A DNA stretch of 64,000 bases from Owenia fusiformis. Taxonomy: Eukaryota. Positions within the stretch are counted from its first letter, which is position 1; the number at the start of each line of letters is the position of its first letter. The position numbers were made by a program, and so were the translations under genes. Positions 26,603-39,880 of this stretch are shown here, in pieces. Under the pieces are notes generated by a model. The model was given only the letters and a program-made list of their open reading frames with translations, ran no database searches and was not told where the DNA came from. The stretch spans positions 38,192,001 through 38,256,000 of the forward strand of contig CAIIXF020000001.1 in assembly GCA_903813345.2 (NCBI GenBank), in the 5' to 3' direction.

Positions 26603-26605
26603 CAA

Positions 26606-27669
26606 TGTAGCGTTTGCGGGTATTTATAATTTGTATTTAAACATCGCAGCTACATTTCTTTCCTTCACTTACGTTCGTTTCCATTCAGAAATATTTCTTG
26701 TAAATTTCAGTACGATAATTTAGTCATCATTTTAATTGTTAGCGATCTTTTTAATCACCGTTTTCAGCATATTTATTAACTCTGTAGCTTCCTTTATTTA
26801 TCTGTATGCATATTCTTACGCAATGTTCAGTATTTTGTAAGTATTTCATTCTAATAGACACATTTATAAACTTTTCATGGGCGCCGCCATTAATGACGTC
26901 ACATTTCCCACAGTGCACTTCGTACTGATTGCGGGAAATTCAAACAGAGGAATGACGTCAGATTCTAAGAATTAAAACTGTGACGATAGAACGCTGCATA
27001 TCAGCGGGAAAAAAAGACTTCAGCTAGATTTCAAAGAGTGAGGACGTATTGTCGAATTCTCTTCATGTAACTTCATAAATCATGTACTTTTTGGGGGGAG
27101 GGTTGTAAATATCAAATAAACTCTTGTAAATATGTTAACCAATAAGCTAGTCTGTAGTCTTTTGTATGGATTTCAAGTGAGAGAAAGTATTGCCACGGGA
27201 CTTGGAACATTTTCCGTGGCTGAGCCCATGTTTTATGATCATGATGTAGTTTATCCCTACTTGATCATATGTGGTTTATCCCCACATTATATCCTGTTAT
27301 ACTTGTGATGTTGCCTTATCTGTGGTCTATCCCCACTGGCATAATTTTCACAATGCAGTTTTATATGCAGAGAATCAGATGTGATAAGCAGTTATCACCG
27401 TATCAATCAATCAATGTTAAATCATGATCGTATGCAGTGTGTCGCTTTATTTATCACATTTGCAATGCTGTACAGAGTGACCCACTATATTGGTAACTCG
27501 TGAATATTGCTGCTTATAGCAATAATAATGCTGTATTCCAGTAGCTGTTAATCCCATAATATCACACATTCCATAAATTTACAGACACTACCACACAATA
27601 CCATTATACTTCAATTCTGAGACATGCATTCATAACAATCATATTATTTGGCACCCCGGCTATACTACA
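26606..27669 (+). repeat. 3' LTR (1064 bp)
   Basis: direct repeat of 23249-24312. Confidence 0.95.
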
Positions 27670-27704
27670 ATATATAGAATTGAAGGATTATTGTTTTATT
27701 TATT

Positions 27705-29245
27705 ATAGTGCCCCACACATAATTTTGTCGCCTACTTCAATGTGTTGTAGAAAATATCCAACGAAAATTGGCTCATGAAATTTTGCATACCCATTCTTGA
27801 GACAATTGGTAACACTCATTTTTTTGTTTGAAGATTGAAGTAATTTTGACAAAAAACAAGCAATTTTAAAATATTTACAGGGTGGTCCAAAAAAGTGAAC
27901 CCTTGCAACAGGCTATATTTTCCTTAATACATCCATGAATTGGCTCATATTATCACATGTTGTAGAGAAAGGTCTAAAATATTTGTTGATGCGATAAATT
28001 TTGAAGAAAGTACAAGACAAACAAACATGCATGAAAATTAGATTAGCAAATTTTACCAATGTAATTAATGGAAATTGTTGAAACACAGGTATTCTTAAAA
28101 GAGCTTTCAGTTAGAGATACAAGTTTAAAACCCTACCATATGACGAATGGGATACTATTTGAGCAGAAAACACATTCCACACTTTCATTGATTATTTTGA
28201 AGCAGTTTTAACTGTTCAACAGTTAAGGGCCATGCTACCTACACAATTGGATAAAGTGGGACAACGTTCCCCCTGTGACCAGGAGTCTGAGAAGCCCTTC
28301 ATCAAATATCTTTAGAAAATCAAAAGAAAATCTAATGTTTTGAGGCACAATTCACTAGAATCGGAATGTTTTACGAAAATTCAACGAAAAGTTCCAGTTT
28401 CACGGTTTCGAAGAGACTTTTAAACGTTTTGATTACAAACGTATTGCATTACATACAGTCTGTTCAATAATATTGATACTATGGAGATGTTTTAACTCCT
28501 TAATATGAATGTTTAAGTATGTTTTAATTCCTATTGAAGACCCCTATTCCACACACGATCAGGTTAGGGCCATACAGTTTGTGGGTTTAGTCTGAAAAAA
28601 GTTTCCAGGTCACTAAAAGCTATCCTTGCATGGATTTCTAGCCCTTCTTCACACTACAGCATTTTCTACTTCATTTTTTCTCACTCGTTAAAAAAATTCG
28701 GACAGCTCGCATCTCATAAAATCTCTAGAACATACTTGGATTTTTTTTATTTCACCCAAGGCATCATTACAGTGAGCTTGCGCCCTTCAAAATCCCGTGG
28801 ACCCACAATCGGATGGCCATGATCATCCAATAATGGCTCACCAAGTGGCCACCAATGGCATACATTTTGTTGGAAAGCATTGCCCGTAACATGGATTTAA
28901 CATGTGGTCTTACGCTTTCATTGGTAACTTTCACCCCATCTAGTTGTTTCAGATTGGGCTTTAGTCGTGGATAATAGTGCTGCTGTTTGATAGGATTTTC
29001 CGATCGACCAGAATATTCAAGTTGTTTTTTCAAATTGTCACAAATTTTAGCTCGATTTAGGTTATATTTGTAAATAGGTAGCAATATAGAAACCAATGTC
29101 AAATTGTGGTGAAAACATATTATCCCAAACAAAAAATTGAGTGTTACAAATTGTTTTAAGTTATGGTATGTAAAATTTCATGAGCAAATTCTTATTGGAT
29201 ATTTTTCTACAGCACATTGAAGTAGTGTTATGTGCTAGGTACTAT
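27705..29245. mobile_element. Degenerate DNA transposon with about 130-bp TIRs
   Basis: 27705-27835 is an imperfect inverted copy of 29120-29245. Confidence 0.65.
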
Positions 29246-29822
29246 TGGCAAAAGTATAAGTAAGTAGTATAGTGAAACCTATATATCCGAACGCCTCTCT
29301 TGTTAACACATTTTCTTGGTCCCATATTTGTTATTTTCAAATTTTCAATTGCCTTATAAGTTTATAAAACCTTGAAATATGAACACCTGCTAATTCGAAC
29401 ACTTTTGACTGGTCGCAGAGGTGTTTAGATTGTACAGGTTTTACTGGAGATTGAATTATTTATACAATAAAATTTTATTATGCCATATTTTGGCAAATTT
29501 TTTCTCTACAAATTACTAATCATTCATCTAAAATCTTGCTGAACTATTAGTTTTTAATGTTTCTCAAAAATTATTCTTGATATCATTGATGACGGATATA
29601 AACTGATCTTATAAGATCATTCGAAGTAAATTATATTTTAAAGCCCAGATACTCGTATGTGCGTTTGTGTTAAAAGAAACAAAATTACAACTGAAACATG
29701 AAAATGTGAGCTCTAGGAAACAAATGCATTTGAACGGAGTTCATAGAGTGAAAACAATATATCATAGGCCTATATGTTTTGATTCTATGAGGCCCCCTAT
29801 CATTTTTAATCAAAAATATTAA

Positions 29823-30520
29823 AAGTCCCCATATAAAGTTTAAACCACTTTGGCTTATATTGTAGTCCTTACCCAATATTATCAAAGTGTGATATGTGAA
29901 ACTTTTTTTTAATTTCAAAAAGTGGTTTTTGAAGGACTTTTTGTTCAAAAATTTGTGAATTTATTTAAAACTAACTTTTAGAGGCCACGTATATCTTTTA
30001 ATAAGCCACAATTCATACCAATGCATAGCATTCATCCTCGCATGTTGTTGCCGAAAAAATTAAGAAAATCGGTTCATAAACAAGCGAGAAATGAACTCAT
30101 CAGTGCATGCACATGGTTCTGAGAAAAATGCATTTCAATTTTAGTTCTTAACCTGGTTAGACAATCAACATTGGTTTATTATTGAAGTTTTTGCCACCTG
30201 AGTGAGTCATAATGACATCACTAATGTTGCAATATATTTTTGATATGCTAAAACATTGAAGTGGCCCATTAAATATGGCATTTTAATAGTGAAATAGTGT
30301 GTCCTTTGTTCAATCTTTGCATTGTTGTTAAAAAATATAATCTTTTTTGATGAATAAAAGTTTCAACTTTTTTTGAAAAATGGTGGGAGATTTGAATATT
30401 TGAGAAATGAAATGCTCACAACTTTTTTTCAAAAATTGAAAAATCTCTAAAATAACTTTTTAAGTCATGACAAATAGTAAATGAATAATAAAAAATATTT
30501 TCAAACTTTAGATGGAGACT
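29823..30520. mobile_element. TTAA-flanked MITE (Kolobok-like)
   Basis: TTAA|(A)AGTCCCCATATAAAGTT...AACTTTAGATGGAGACT|TTAA. Confidence 0.55.
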
Positions 30521-30798
30521 TTAAGGGTTATTTAGGATGAGAATTACAGTAAATTCAGCCTTTAAAAGGTCCCATGACTTCAAAGGTGCATGATTAAGAT
30601 GACTTAATAATATTTGGGGCTGAGGGACACATGGATCCGGTTTCCTTTGAACATTGTAGGGTACCGTGGTCTTCTGCCGCTGCCTCGTTTCAAATACCTC
30701 TCCATTGAGCCAAAAACTCATAGTACTATTTTTTTGTTATTATGTCATATCGTATTGTAAACCACACGGTTTTATGAGTCACATATGAATTTGTAATA

Positions 30799-31130
30799 TT
30801 ATGTCCAAATACTAAAAAGGGTTGCAGATATGACCAAACTTGAAAACATTTGCAGCACAGGAATAATGGATGAAGTCTGGAGCCCTGCGTTCGGAGCATG
30901 AGGAACTTCGCGTGAACTATTGGAAGAAGCGAGTCCCTTTGCCCTGGCCTCTGCTACCGCCTTATTAGGGTTGGCACCGGACGTGATGTCATATGTGAAC
31001 TGCATGCATGGTTCATCATCGGGGACTACTTTGTAGGCATTGTTCCATACTTGCTCACAAAACATCTTTGCAGTTGTGAAGTGCTTGTCAAATTTGTCAC
31101 ACTTTGATTCCTCAAGACATACCATCATTC
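30799..31130 (-). CDS. FOLR: Folate receptor/riboflavin-binding family protein, last exon with GPI-signal-like hydrophobic tail
   Basis: attcag|GA ATG; VCLEESKCDKFDKHFTTAKMFCEQVWNNAYKVV...PCMQF...NPNKAVA; ends in a hydrophobic tail with no cytoplasmic segment. Confidence 0.9.
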
Positions 31131-32054
31131 CTGAATATTCAAATGAATTAATCGTATTCCTTTGAGGGTTCCTATTACGTTTTATATTGTTGTAACAATA
31201 TATTAGACAAAAAGGCGACAAATACATGTACAATAATATTGTTTTTAATATTGCTTGTTTTGATAATAGACCTATTCTGGAGACAATATTGACAAAGACA
31301 TATTTGTGAATTCCAATATTATTATGATTCGCATCTTGATTATTGAACATCTCTGTTATTCCTCTGAGATAATCTTCTTTCAAACCGATCATATTGCGAC
31401 CGCAAAACAAAAAAATAAATATCGTGTTATCGTCACACGTGAGATCATATATGAGATGGTGAATGAACAGTATTAGTGAAATTTAGTTACCATGTCAGTT
31501 GTTATAACCCATCGATCGTTTTCTGAGTTTTGTAGTCCATATTTAGGTGGTTAAGCTTGCATTTAAAATCGAAACGAAAACGTGTAACGTATCGAGCGCT
31601 CTGATTAGTCTTATATCGTCTTCTTGCTTAAATAACCGTTCAACTTCAGTGTTTATGCTTAGACTACACCACAGCATGCATGTAATATACCATAGGTAGT
31701 TCTATAGCTGGTTTACTGATACATATTTTAAACAAACGAGTTTGGTAAGATATTTGGAGCTAAAACATGCATGTCATACATCATCTTCCTCAGATACAAT
31801 CCTATATCCTAAACAACGGCGAGCATCACCAAAAACAGGCGTTTGATTTGATAAATACGATATGCGTTACGCTTTAACACGCGTGTTTAAAGCGCATACA
31901 AACGCATGCCCGCACTACACATTCCTATTTTTGATTCTTGGGCTTTCCGTTAGTTTACGCCGTGAAAAAACAGTGCAAGCTTAACATCTCTTAGATGATG
32001 TCCGTATTCTTAAAAATAACTCAAAGAAAGATCATAATATCTAAGACTTTTCAC

Positions 32055-32175
32055 CTGTTGACATGTTGAATCCGTAGTACCAGTTATCGGAGCAGGTGTG
32101 TTCCTCTTGACACGCGCTGTACCATAAATCACAAGTACTTTGACATATTGTTAGATTAACAAAGGCATCCTTTTT
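32055..32175 (-). CDS. FOLR: Folate receptor family exon 3
   Basis: tacag|AAA...ACA G|gtgaaa; KKDAFVNLTICQSTCDLWYSACQEEHTCSDNWYYGFNMST. Confidence 0.92.
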
Positions 32176-32667
32176 CTGTAATAAATTTAACAACTTGCAG
32201 GAATGTCCATTTCAAATAGCAAGCACAATAGTTTTCAATGTAACAACTTTTCGATGCAACAAATTTTGCAACCGATTTAACTTAATTACAAGTAATATTT
32301 ATTTAGAGTATTTTGAAAACAAACAAAATGTATATTAATGTAGCAATGGTAATTTAGAGATTAGATTAGAGCAAGATCGATTTCTATTTGATTTCTAGCT
32401 TGCTGAGATAATGAGGTAGTATTTTTGCTCCGTATATTTAAAGAGGCTTTCGGAAACTCTTAATCTCTAAAGAATTATTAGCAGTAATATTGTTCATAAA
32501 TACGACAGCATTGTACTTTTTAGGCAATTGGTAGATTGGGAGGTTTTTTTCTGCTTCAGTAAGCAATGATTAATATATTTTGATAATGAATCATGATTTT
32601 CGGAACAAACCCAAAACGAGAGGGGGGTATTTCATCTTCTTTCAGAAAGAACCTGATATAAACATAC

Positions 32668-32871
32668 CCCATAATGGCCCGTCTTAATCCAAGGACCAAC
32701 ATCGGGGGAACAAAGGTAAAAGCATAACTCTTCTTCAAACCTCTGGTTGCATATTGGTGTCAGCGTTTCCTTCTGAGGACAGTGCGCATAGCTGAGTGTA
32801 AGGTTCTGCCAATGATCCGAGACACCCGTTTTACAACATGATCGGCTGGCAAATGTGGAACACGGACCGCC
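32668..32871 (-). CDS. FOLR: Folate receptor family exon 2
   Basis: tttcag|GGC...GGG|gtatgt; PCSTFASRSCC...YAHC...CNQRFEEELCFYLCSPDVGPWI; 204 nt, phase 0-0. Confidence 0.92.
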
Positions 32872-33106
32872 CTGAAATGAAATAACTTCGCAATCAAGTT
32901 TGCAACACAGGATGCAATCAGAAAAGAAACATCATCGTTAAAAGAGGGGGAAAACCATTTAGGCTCTTGTTAAAAGTCATGCAGTGGGTATTTGCAAAAA
33001 AGGTCGGAGTAAAATCTCTAACGTTGAAGAATTCTCTTACAAATCAACATAACCTCATGGAAAATAAGGGGAATTCTCCTTGAAAATCGATGAAGGAGTC
33101 TGACGT

Positions 33107-34754
33107 CAGGCCCGTAAGACACTTTTCTCCAAGGGGGGTGCGGTTTTTACTAAAGAGAATATAAAATTGTCAATTTTTTTCCGCGTAAATCAAATCGCAT
33201 AGGTCAGAGGGGGGGGGGGGGGGGGGGGTCGGTTACTCCCTATATCCGTTTGGCATTAACAAATGCAACTTCAAAACGTTCCAATTGTTTTGTGGGGGTG
33301 TGAGGAGTGATCCACTCCCCCTAGAAAATTTTACAATTTTAAGATGCTGTTTGGTGCATTCTGGGCACTTTCAAAGTGTATGAGTCTACAAGAAAAATGT
33401 GATTTTTTCAAATTCTTTTGGGGGTGTCAAAAAGGATGAGAGGGTGAAGTGGGGTGGGGTGCCAGAGGGGAAGCAAGTGTTTGTCCCCCAGAAACATTGA
33501 CCATATCAAGGTGCTATTTGATGATGTCTGGGCACTTAAAAAATGTCTGAGACGATACATGAAATTCAGAATATTTTTTTTGTTTTGTGGGCGATGTGAG
33601 GGGTGACTCACAATTTTACAATTTAAATTTACAATTTAAAGATGATATAAGGTGCTTCTGGGCACTTTTAAAGTGTATTAGTCAATAATAACATTGAAAA
33701 ACAATCATAATTTTTTTTCAAATTTTGGGGGTGTCAAAGGTGAGGGAGGGGTGCCAGAGGGGGAGGTGGGGTTGGGGTGCCAGAGGGGGAGCAAGTGTTT
33801 GTCCCCCATAACTGTCCCCCAGAAACATTTACAACATCAAGGTGCTAATCGATGAAGTCTGGGCACTTTAAAAGTGTCTGTGCCTTAAAGTGCCTATTTC
33901 CCAAGAAAATTTTACAATTTTAAGATGCTATTTGGTGCTTTCTGGACTAAGAGTCAATAAAAAATTTGAAAAATCTTAATTTCTTTTTCAATTTTTTTTT
34001 TTTGGGGGGGGGGGTGTCAAGGGGGGTGCCAGAGGGGGAGGTGGAGTGGGGATGCCAGAGGGTGAGTAAGTGTTAGTCTCCCAGAATCATTAACTATATC
34101 AAGGAGCTATTTGATGATGTCTGGGCAATTTAAAAGTGTCTGAGACAATACATAAAACAAATTCAGAGTTTTTCCATTGTTTTGTTTGGGGTGTGAGGGG
34201 TGGCCCTCTCCCCCTAGAAATTTTTTCAATTTTAAGACGCTATTTGGTGCTTTCTGGGCACTTATGAGTCAATTAAAGAATTTGAGAAAATCACATCTTT
34301 TATCCAATTTTTTTTTTGGGGGGGGGGAGTCGAGGGGGGGGGGGCACCAGAGGGGGAGGTGGTGTGGCGATGCAAGTGCAAGATGCAAGAGGGGGAGCAA
34401 GTATTAGTCCCCTAGAAACACTAACTGTATCAAGGAGCTATTTGATGATGTCTGTGCACTTTAAAAGTGTCTGAGACAAAACACCAAAATAAATTTAGAA
34501 CTTTTCCATTGTTTCGTGGGGGGGGGGGGTGTGAGGGGTGGCCAATACCCCTAGAAAATTTCACAATTTTAAGATGCTATTTGGTGCTTTCTGGTTACTT
34601 TCAAAGTGTATGAGTCAATGAAAAAAAATTACAAAAAAAAAATATATTTTTCAAAAAAAAAATTTTTCCAAATTTTTTTTTTTAATTTTTTTTTTGGGGT
34701 GTGCCAAAGGGGGGTGCGGTCGCACCCATCTCACCCCCCCATCTGACGGCCCTG
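33107..34754. mobile_element. 5-bp-TSD DNA element with an internal about 300-bp G-rich tandem repeat (FOLR intron 1)
   Basis: CAGGCCCGT...ACGGCCCTG ends; GACGT at 33102-33106 and 34755-34759; 4-5 internal repeat units. Confidence 0.7.
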
Positions 34755-36080
34755 GACGTTCAAATATCGGAAACTTCTTATAGATGGTCAGGGTATTGAC
34801 TTGAAATATGCATAGGTATGAGGAATTTCTTCCCATTGAAATCGGGAGTGTATGGAAAAATACAGGGTGTCCCAACAATGTACCAAAATGAAACGGAAAT
34901 CACTCCTTTTCCAACTTTTCACATAATGAAGAGAACTTATTTCAGTGTACAGTTAAATTAAAAGTTTGTAAATAACGTACAGATGAATACGACATTTTAG
35001 ATGACACACTTTAAATGAACCCCCGTCACGATTGCTGTAGAGGTGAATGCAATTGCAAACATGGGAAAATGGGTGATGATTGAACAACCCTTTCTCTCCA
35101 ACTAAATAGAAACTTAGAGTTATCCCATGTTTGTCGATTTTTTTTCGAATTCTGATCTTTTCTGATTACCAAATTGTTCCAGGCAGTCCGACGAGCAAAT
35201 AAGAGTATTCCTTCATCACTTGCATTTATTCCATGTTTGTCTAGCTCGGTACAATTTTTGGGACAGCCTTCAAACGACAGTATTTTAGCGTCTTTATTTA
35301 AGTTTTATGTTTCGGCTATTTCATATTTTTGTTCGATTTTGTAATGATATTTCAAATAAGCAACTGTTCGACATTGACTGTCGAATTCATTTGTGCTGTT
35401 ACAATTCAGCAAATTTGAAATAACAAATCCAATACACTACACTAATGGGGCAGTGACTTAAGGCGAAATGTTAAATTTTTAGCATAATCCAGCAATGAGA
35501 GTGATGAAATAGTAAAATTAAACAATTAAAACCACGAGAAAATGGCTGATTTTATACATTTACAATAAGCAAAACTGATGAAGAATGTGTAAAACCATCA
35601 ATTTCATGCATCATCACATGGCATCGTTTATCACATCAAAGAATGTGTTCGACCACTTAATTTCTATGCAGATCGAATGAGAAATGTTTGTTGTTACTAT
35701 TTTAAAGTTTAATGAATGATATTTGATCATCAAATGACATAATTTCTTGGATAAAAAACATACGTTTTCGAATTACCTATCTTCGGCCATTTATCTGGTA
35801 ATTACGTATCGCAAACCTTGTAACTTTAGGTAAAATATCGCTTAGTGTAATAACAAACTACGTAGGTATAGGTAAATGGGTTATTTACGCTAATCTTAAA
35901 CTCCCTATTTACGCTAATCTTAAACTCCCTAATATATCATTTGACGAGTGGGGGAATTTGAGTGTGATTCAACATACCAGGCCATATATGATAAGACACA
36001 CAAAGGGCAAATAATATACGCAATCTTATACAAAAATATAAAAATATAAACGCATTGTACATCGAATATGTGTAGTTATA

Positions 36081-39000
36081 CTGGATGAGCGTAGTGTAAA
36101 AGTGGTTTTGAAAAGTAGCAAATTTCACTTCATGTAGGTAATTTGTGGTTTATTATTCTACATTGATTCTGAAAACATTGGTGTCTAGATTTTCAGCGAT
36201 TCGGAAATATTCAGATTTATACCCCCCTTGTGTAATTTTAAGGGGGGGGGGGTACTAGGAAAGTCATATATAATTCCTAGAATATAGAGCCAATCATCTT
36301 GAGTTTTACAGGTAATCATGTACTTATCATGTCCTACCATTATGACAAGTTTCATTAAAGTTGATCAACTGGTTGCTATGGAAATGAAGATCATATGTTA
36401 AAAAAGTACACATTTTCGTCAAAATGTAAGACACCCCATGGGACGAAACACATATTATTTTCATGAAATTGGGAGGAATCACCATGAATCCATTTTAGAA
36501 AACTTATTCAGAGTATGTTTGATAATATTAAATCAACTGCTGTTTTATCTTATCCAAACAGTGGAATCTATTGCTCATGATTATATGGCAATGCAAATAA
36601 ATTTAGAAAGGGGACGTGGCACTTTTCCAAAGAATTCTTTATTTGTGTTCAACTTTTTGAAGAAAATAGATAACCATTTGTCCTGAAACTAACAGATATT
36701 ATTCACATGATTATGTTTGACTATCATGAAAAGTTTCATCAGTGTTGGATTACTGGTTACTATGGTATGCAGATTTATACCCCATTGGTATTATCTTAAG
36801 GGGGTACAATGAAAGCCATCTATAATTCCTAGAATATACAGCCAATCATCTTGATATTTACGGATAATCATCCGTCTACATGTCCTACCAGTATGACAAG
36901 TGCCATCAATGTTGGTAATTTGGTTGCTATGGTAACAGAAATCATTTGCTAAAAGAGTACACATTTTCGTAAAAATCTAAGACTCATGCAACCTTTGACA
37001 TTAAGCACATAATATGTTCATCATTTTGGGAGAAATAAGCATGAAAACATTTCATAAAACTTATCACATCTCATCAATCACAACAGTGGACGTTTTATTG
37101 CCATCACTGGTCATCAACGGACATGTTTTACACTCAGAGTAATAGACCTTTTTTACTTTAACTGACTTCGACAACAGAGTCCCGATACCGACTTGATTAC
37201 TGTAAATCGATACAATAATTGCATATTTTCAAAATTTATTTTTGAGCATAAACTCAATACTTTCACCGAAATAGAGATATAATTACGATATAATTTACTA
37301 TATGAAAATGACTGTAAACCCGTAATTTATCTTGATTTTATTTTACTTTCACCGATATAGAGATACGAGTACCGACAAATGATATCGAATCCCGACAAGT
37401 TTCTATTTGCAATATTAATTTTAGTGATTTATTTACAACCTCATCCTTTTGCCAAGAACACACACAATTGACAGTCCTCAGGAAATTCCATTTCATAATT
37501 GGGCCCCATATCGTCCATAAGTGCAAATGTTTGTGCGTCATTCATGTGTCCAAGAAAGCCATTGTGTACACAGCGAAGGGTTTTGTTACAATCCATAATT
37601 AACTGAGTGTGTAGGCAGTGAAAGCCTCGATTGCCAGAATAAAAAAATGTTCTTGTGACTCTACCAATGGCCTTTATATCTCATGAGAAGTACCATCTAT
37701 TGCCCCAACCGCAAATTCAAGTTCTTCCCAGGTGCCCCGCAAATCATTCCTTTCGTTTAATGTTGGCAGCTGATTACTATAACAATGGTTCCAGAGAGCA
37801 ACTACAAACTCGCCTTTCAACTAAACTCGGAAAATTGATGTCTGGAAAAGAGGTCAAACAAGACAAAGATATTCTTGGCGAACTTGAAGTTATTAAATCA
37901 ATGGAGATGCCCAAAATATTAAAATACATTGGATATGATTCACATAATAACAATAATCAAAAAGAGTTTATTCAAATAATTTAATGTTCATCCTCAAAAA
38001 TAAATTTTGAAAATGTGCAATTACTGTATCAATTTACAGTAATCAAGTCGGTATCGGGACTCTGTTGTCGAAGTCGGTGAAAGTAAAAAAGGTCTATTAC
38101 ATGCTCTTGTTCTCAAGTTTTTTTTTATGTCTGCTGGTTTTTTCAACTGTTCTTTGTTTTTAGAATTCATTAAGAAGCATTTCCAGTATTTTTAATTGGG
38201 TGTAATAGTTGTATATATCTCTTAGTTTGTTTATTACAAGTGACGTGGCAACTTGTTGATGGCAAAATAGAGCCAAATTGGCCAGACCAACCCATTCCAC
38301 CTGGTGATCTCATAGACATATAGTCACATAAAGATTGCAGCGGATGCTTTAACAGAATTAAGTAGACATTGAAAGATCTTTTAATGAGGATTTTGAGGCA
38401 AATGATATAAAAGATGACTAAGTGAGATCAGCTAATAATTTACTAATGTCCCTACGCATAATGTGACAGCCGTATTCTGCATAGTTTTATTATAATAAGC
38501 AAATACAATGCAGCAAATGGCCCAGATGAAATATCTATTGATTAAATATTATCAGACATACTCAAAATAGCTTTTCTAAAATGTTTTCATGCTAATTCCT
38601 CCCAATTTGATGAAAATTTTCAATGTCTTATGGTGTGTCTTAAAATTTTACGAAATATGTACTTTTTTAACAAATGGATTTCTACCCACATTTGACCCAT
38701 ATTGATAAAACATGTCATAATGGCAGGACATGATAAGTCATGTAAGTAGTAGATTGTCTGTAAATATCATAATGATTGTTTTGATTATCAAGGAATTATA
38801 TAATGGCTTTCATAGTACGCCCTAATGTGTACTTTTTAACAAATGATTTCTGTTACCATAGCAACCATTTGCCCTGCATTTATGAAATTTGTCATAGTGA
38901 AAGAACATGGTGAGTATATACTTATCTGTCAATAACAATATGATTGGTTAGATATTCTAGGAATTATATATGACTTTCATAGTACCTCCCTTAATGTGTA

Positions 39001-39874
39001 CTTTTGAAAAAATGATTTTTGTTGCTGTAGCAACCAATTGTTACACATTGATGAAAATTATCATGGTTGTAAGACATGATAAGTAGATGATTACCTGTAA
39101 ATATCAAGATGATTGGCTGTATATTCTAGGAATTATAGATGGCTTTCATTGTACCCCCCTTAAAATAATACCAATGGGGTATAAATCTGCATACCATAGT
39201 AACCGGTAATCCAACACTGATGAAACTTTCCATGATAGTCAAACATAATCATGTGAATAATATCTGTGAATATCAGGACAAATGGTTATTTATTTTCTTC
39301 AAAAAGTTGAACACAAATGAAGAATCTTTTGGAAAAGTGCCACGTCCCCTTTCTAAATTTATTTGCATTGCCATATAATCATGAGCAATAGATTCCACTG
39401 TGTGGATAAGATAAAACAGCAGTTGATTTAATATTATCAAACATACTCTGAATAAGTTTTCTAAAATGTTTTCATGGTGATTCCTCCCAATTTCATGAAC
39501 ATAATATGTGTTTTGTCTCATGGGGTGTCTTACATTTTGACGAAAATGTGTACTTTTTTAACATATGATCTCCGTTTCCATAAAACTAGTTGACTAACTT
39601 TGATCAAACTTATGACTCTTGTAGGACATGATAAGTAGATGATTACCTGGAAATATCGAGATGATTGGTTGTAAATTCTAGGAATTTTACATGGCTTTCC
39701 TAGTACCCCCCTCAAAATCAAACTAGGGGGGGGTATAAATCTGAATATTTCCAAAACGCTGAAAAACTAGACACCAATATTTTCAGAATCAATGTAGAAT
39801 CATAAACCACAAATTACCAACATAAGGAGAAATTTGCTACTTTTCAAAACCACTTTTACACCATGCTCATCCAG
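36081..39874. mobile_element. Foldback-like element with about 1-1.3-kb modular inverted arms, TA-flanked
   Basis: TA|CTGGATGAGC...GCTCATCCAG|TA; 36081-37070 is inverted to 38530-39874; mirrored ORFs 36438+ and 39521- are near-identical; about 170-bp subrepeats. Confidence 0.88.
37139..38100 (-). mobile_element. Deleted PIF/Harbinger-group transposon nested in the foldback
   Basis: about 105-bp TIRs GTAATAGACC.../...GGTCTATTAC; minus strand about 37775-37443 encodes AVGAIDGTSHEI*RP...YSGNRGFHCLHTQLIMD...GFLGHMNDA (DDE_Tnp_4-like). Confidence 0.85.
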
Positions 39875-39880
39875 TATTAC

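Larger units (their letters stand above)
23249..27669 (+). mobile_element. Gypsy-type non-autonomous, gag-only LTR retrotransposon
   Basis: two 1064-bp LTRs (TGTAG...CTACA), PBS, PPT, ATAT(AT) flanks on both sides, gag but no pol. Confidence 0.95.

Noticed and set aside
30799..31410. 203-aa single-exon ORF
   Set aside because: Only 30799-31130 is exonic; the upstream part is open intron before the acceptor
31555..31980. TTAA|GCTTGCA...TGCAAGC|TTAA possible Kolobok-like MITE
   Set aside because: The TIR is only about 7 bp and could be chance
36438..39521. Twin 82-aa ORFs on opposite strands
   Set aside because: They are by-products of the foldback inverted arms
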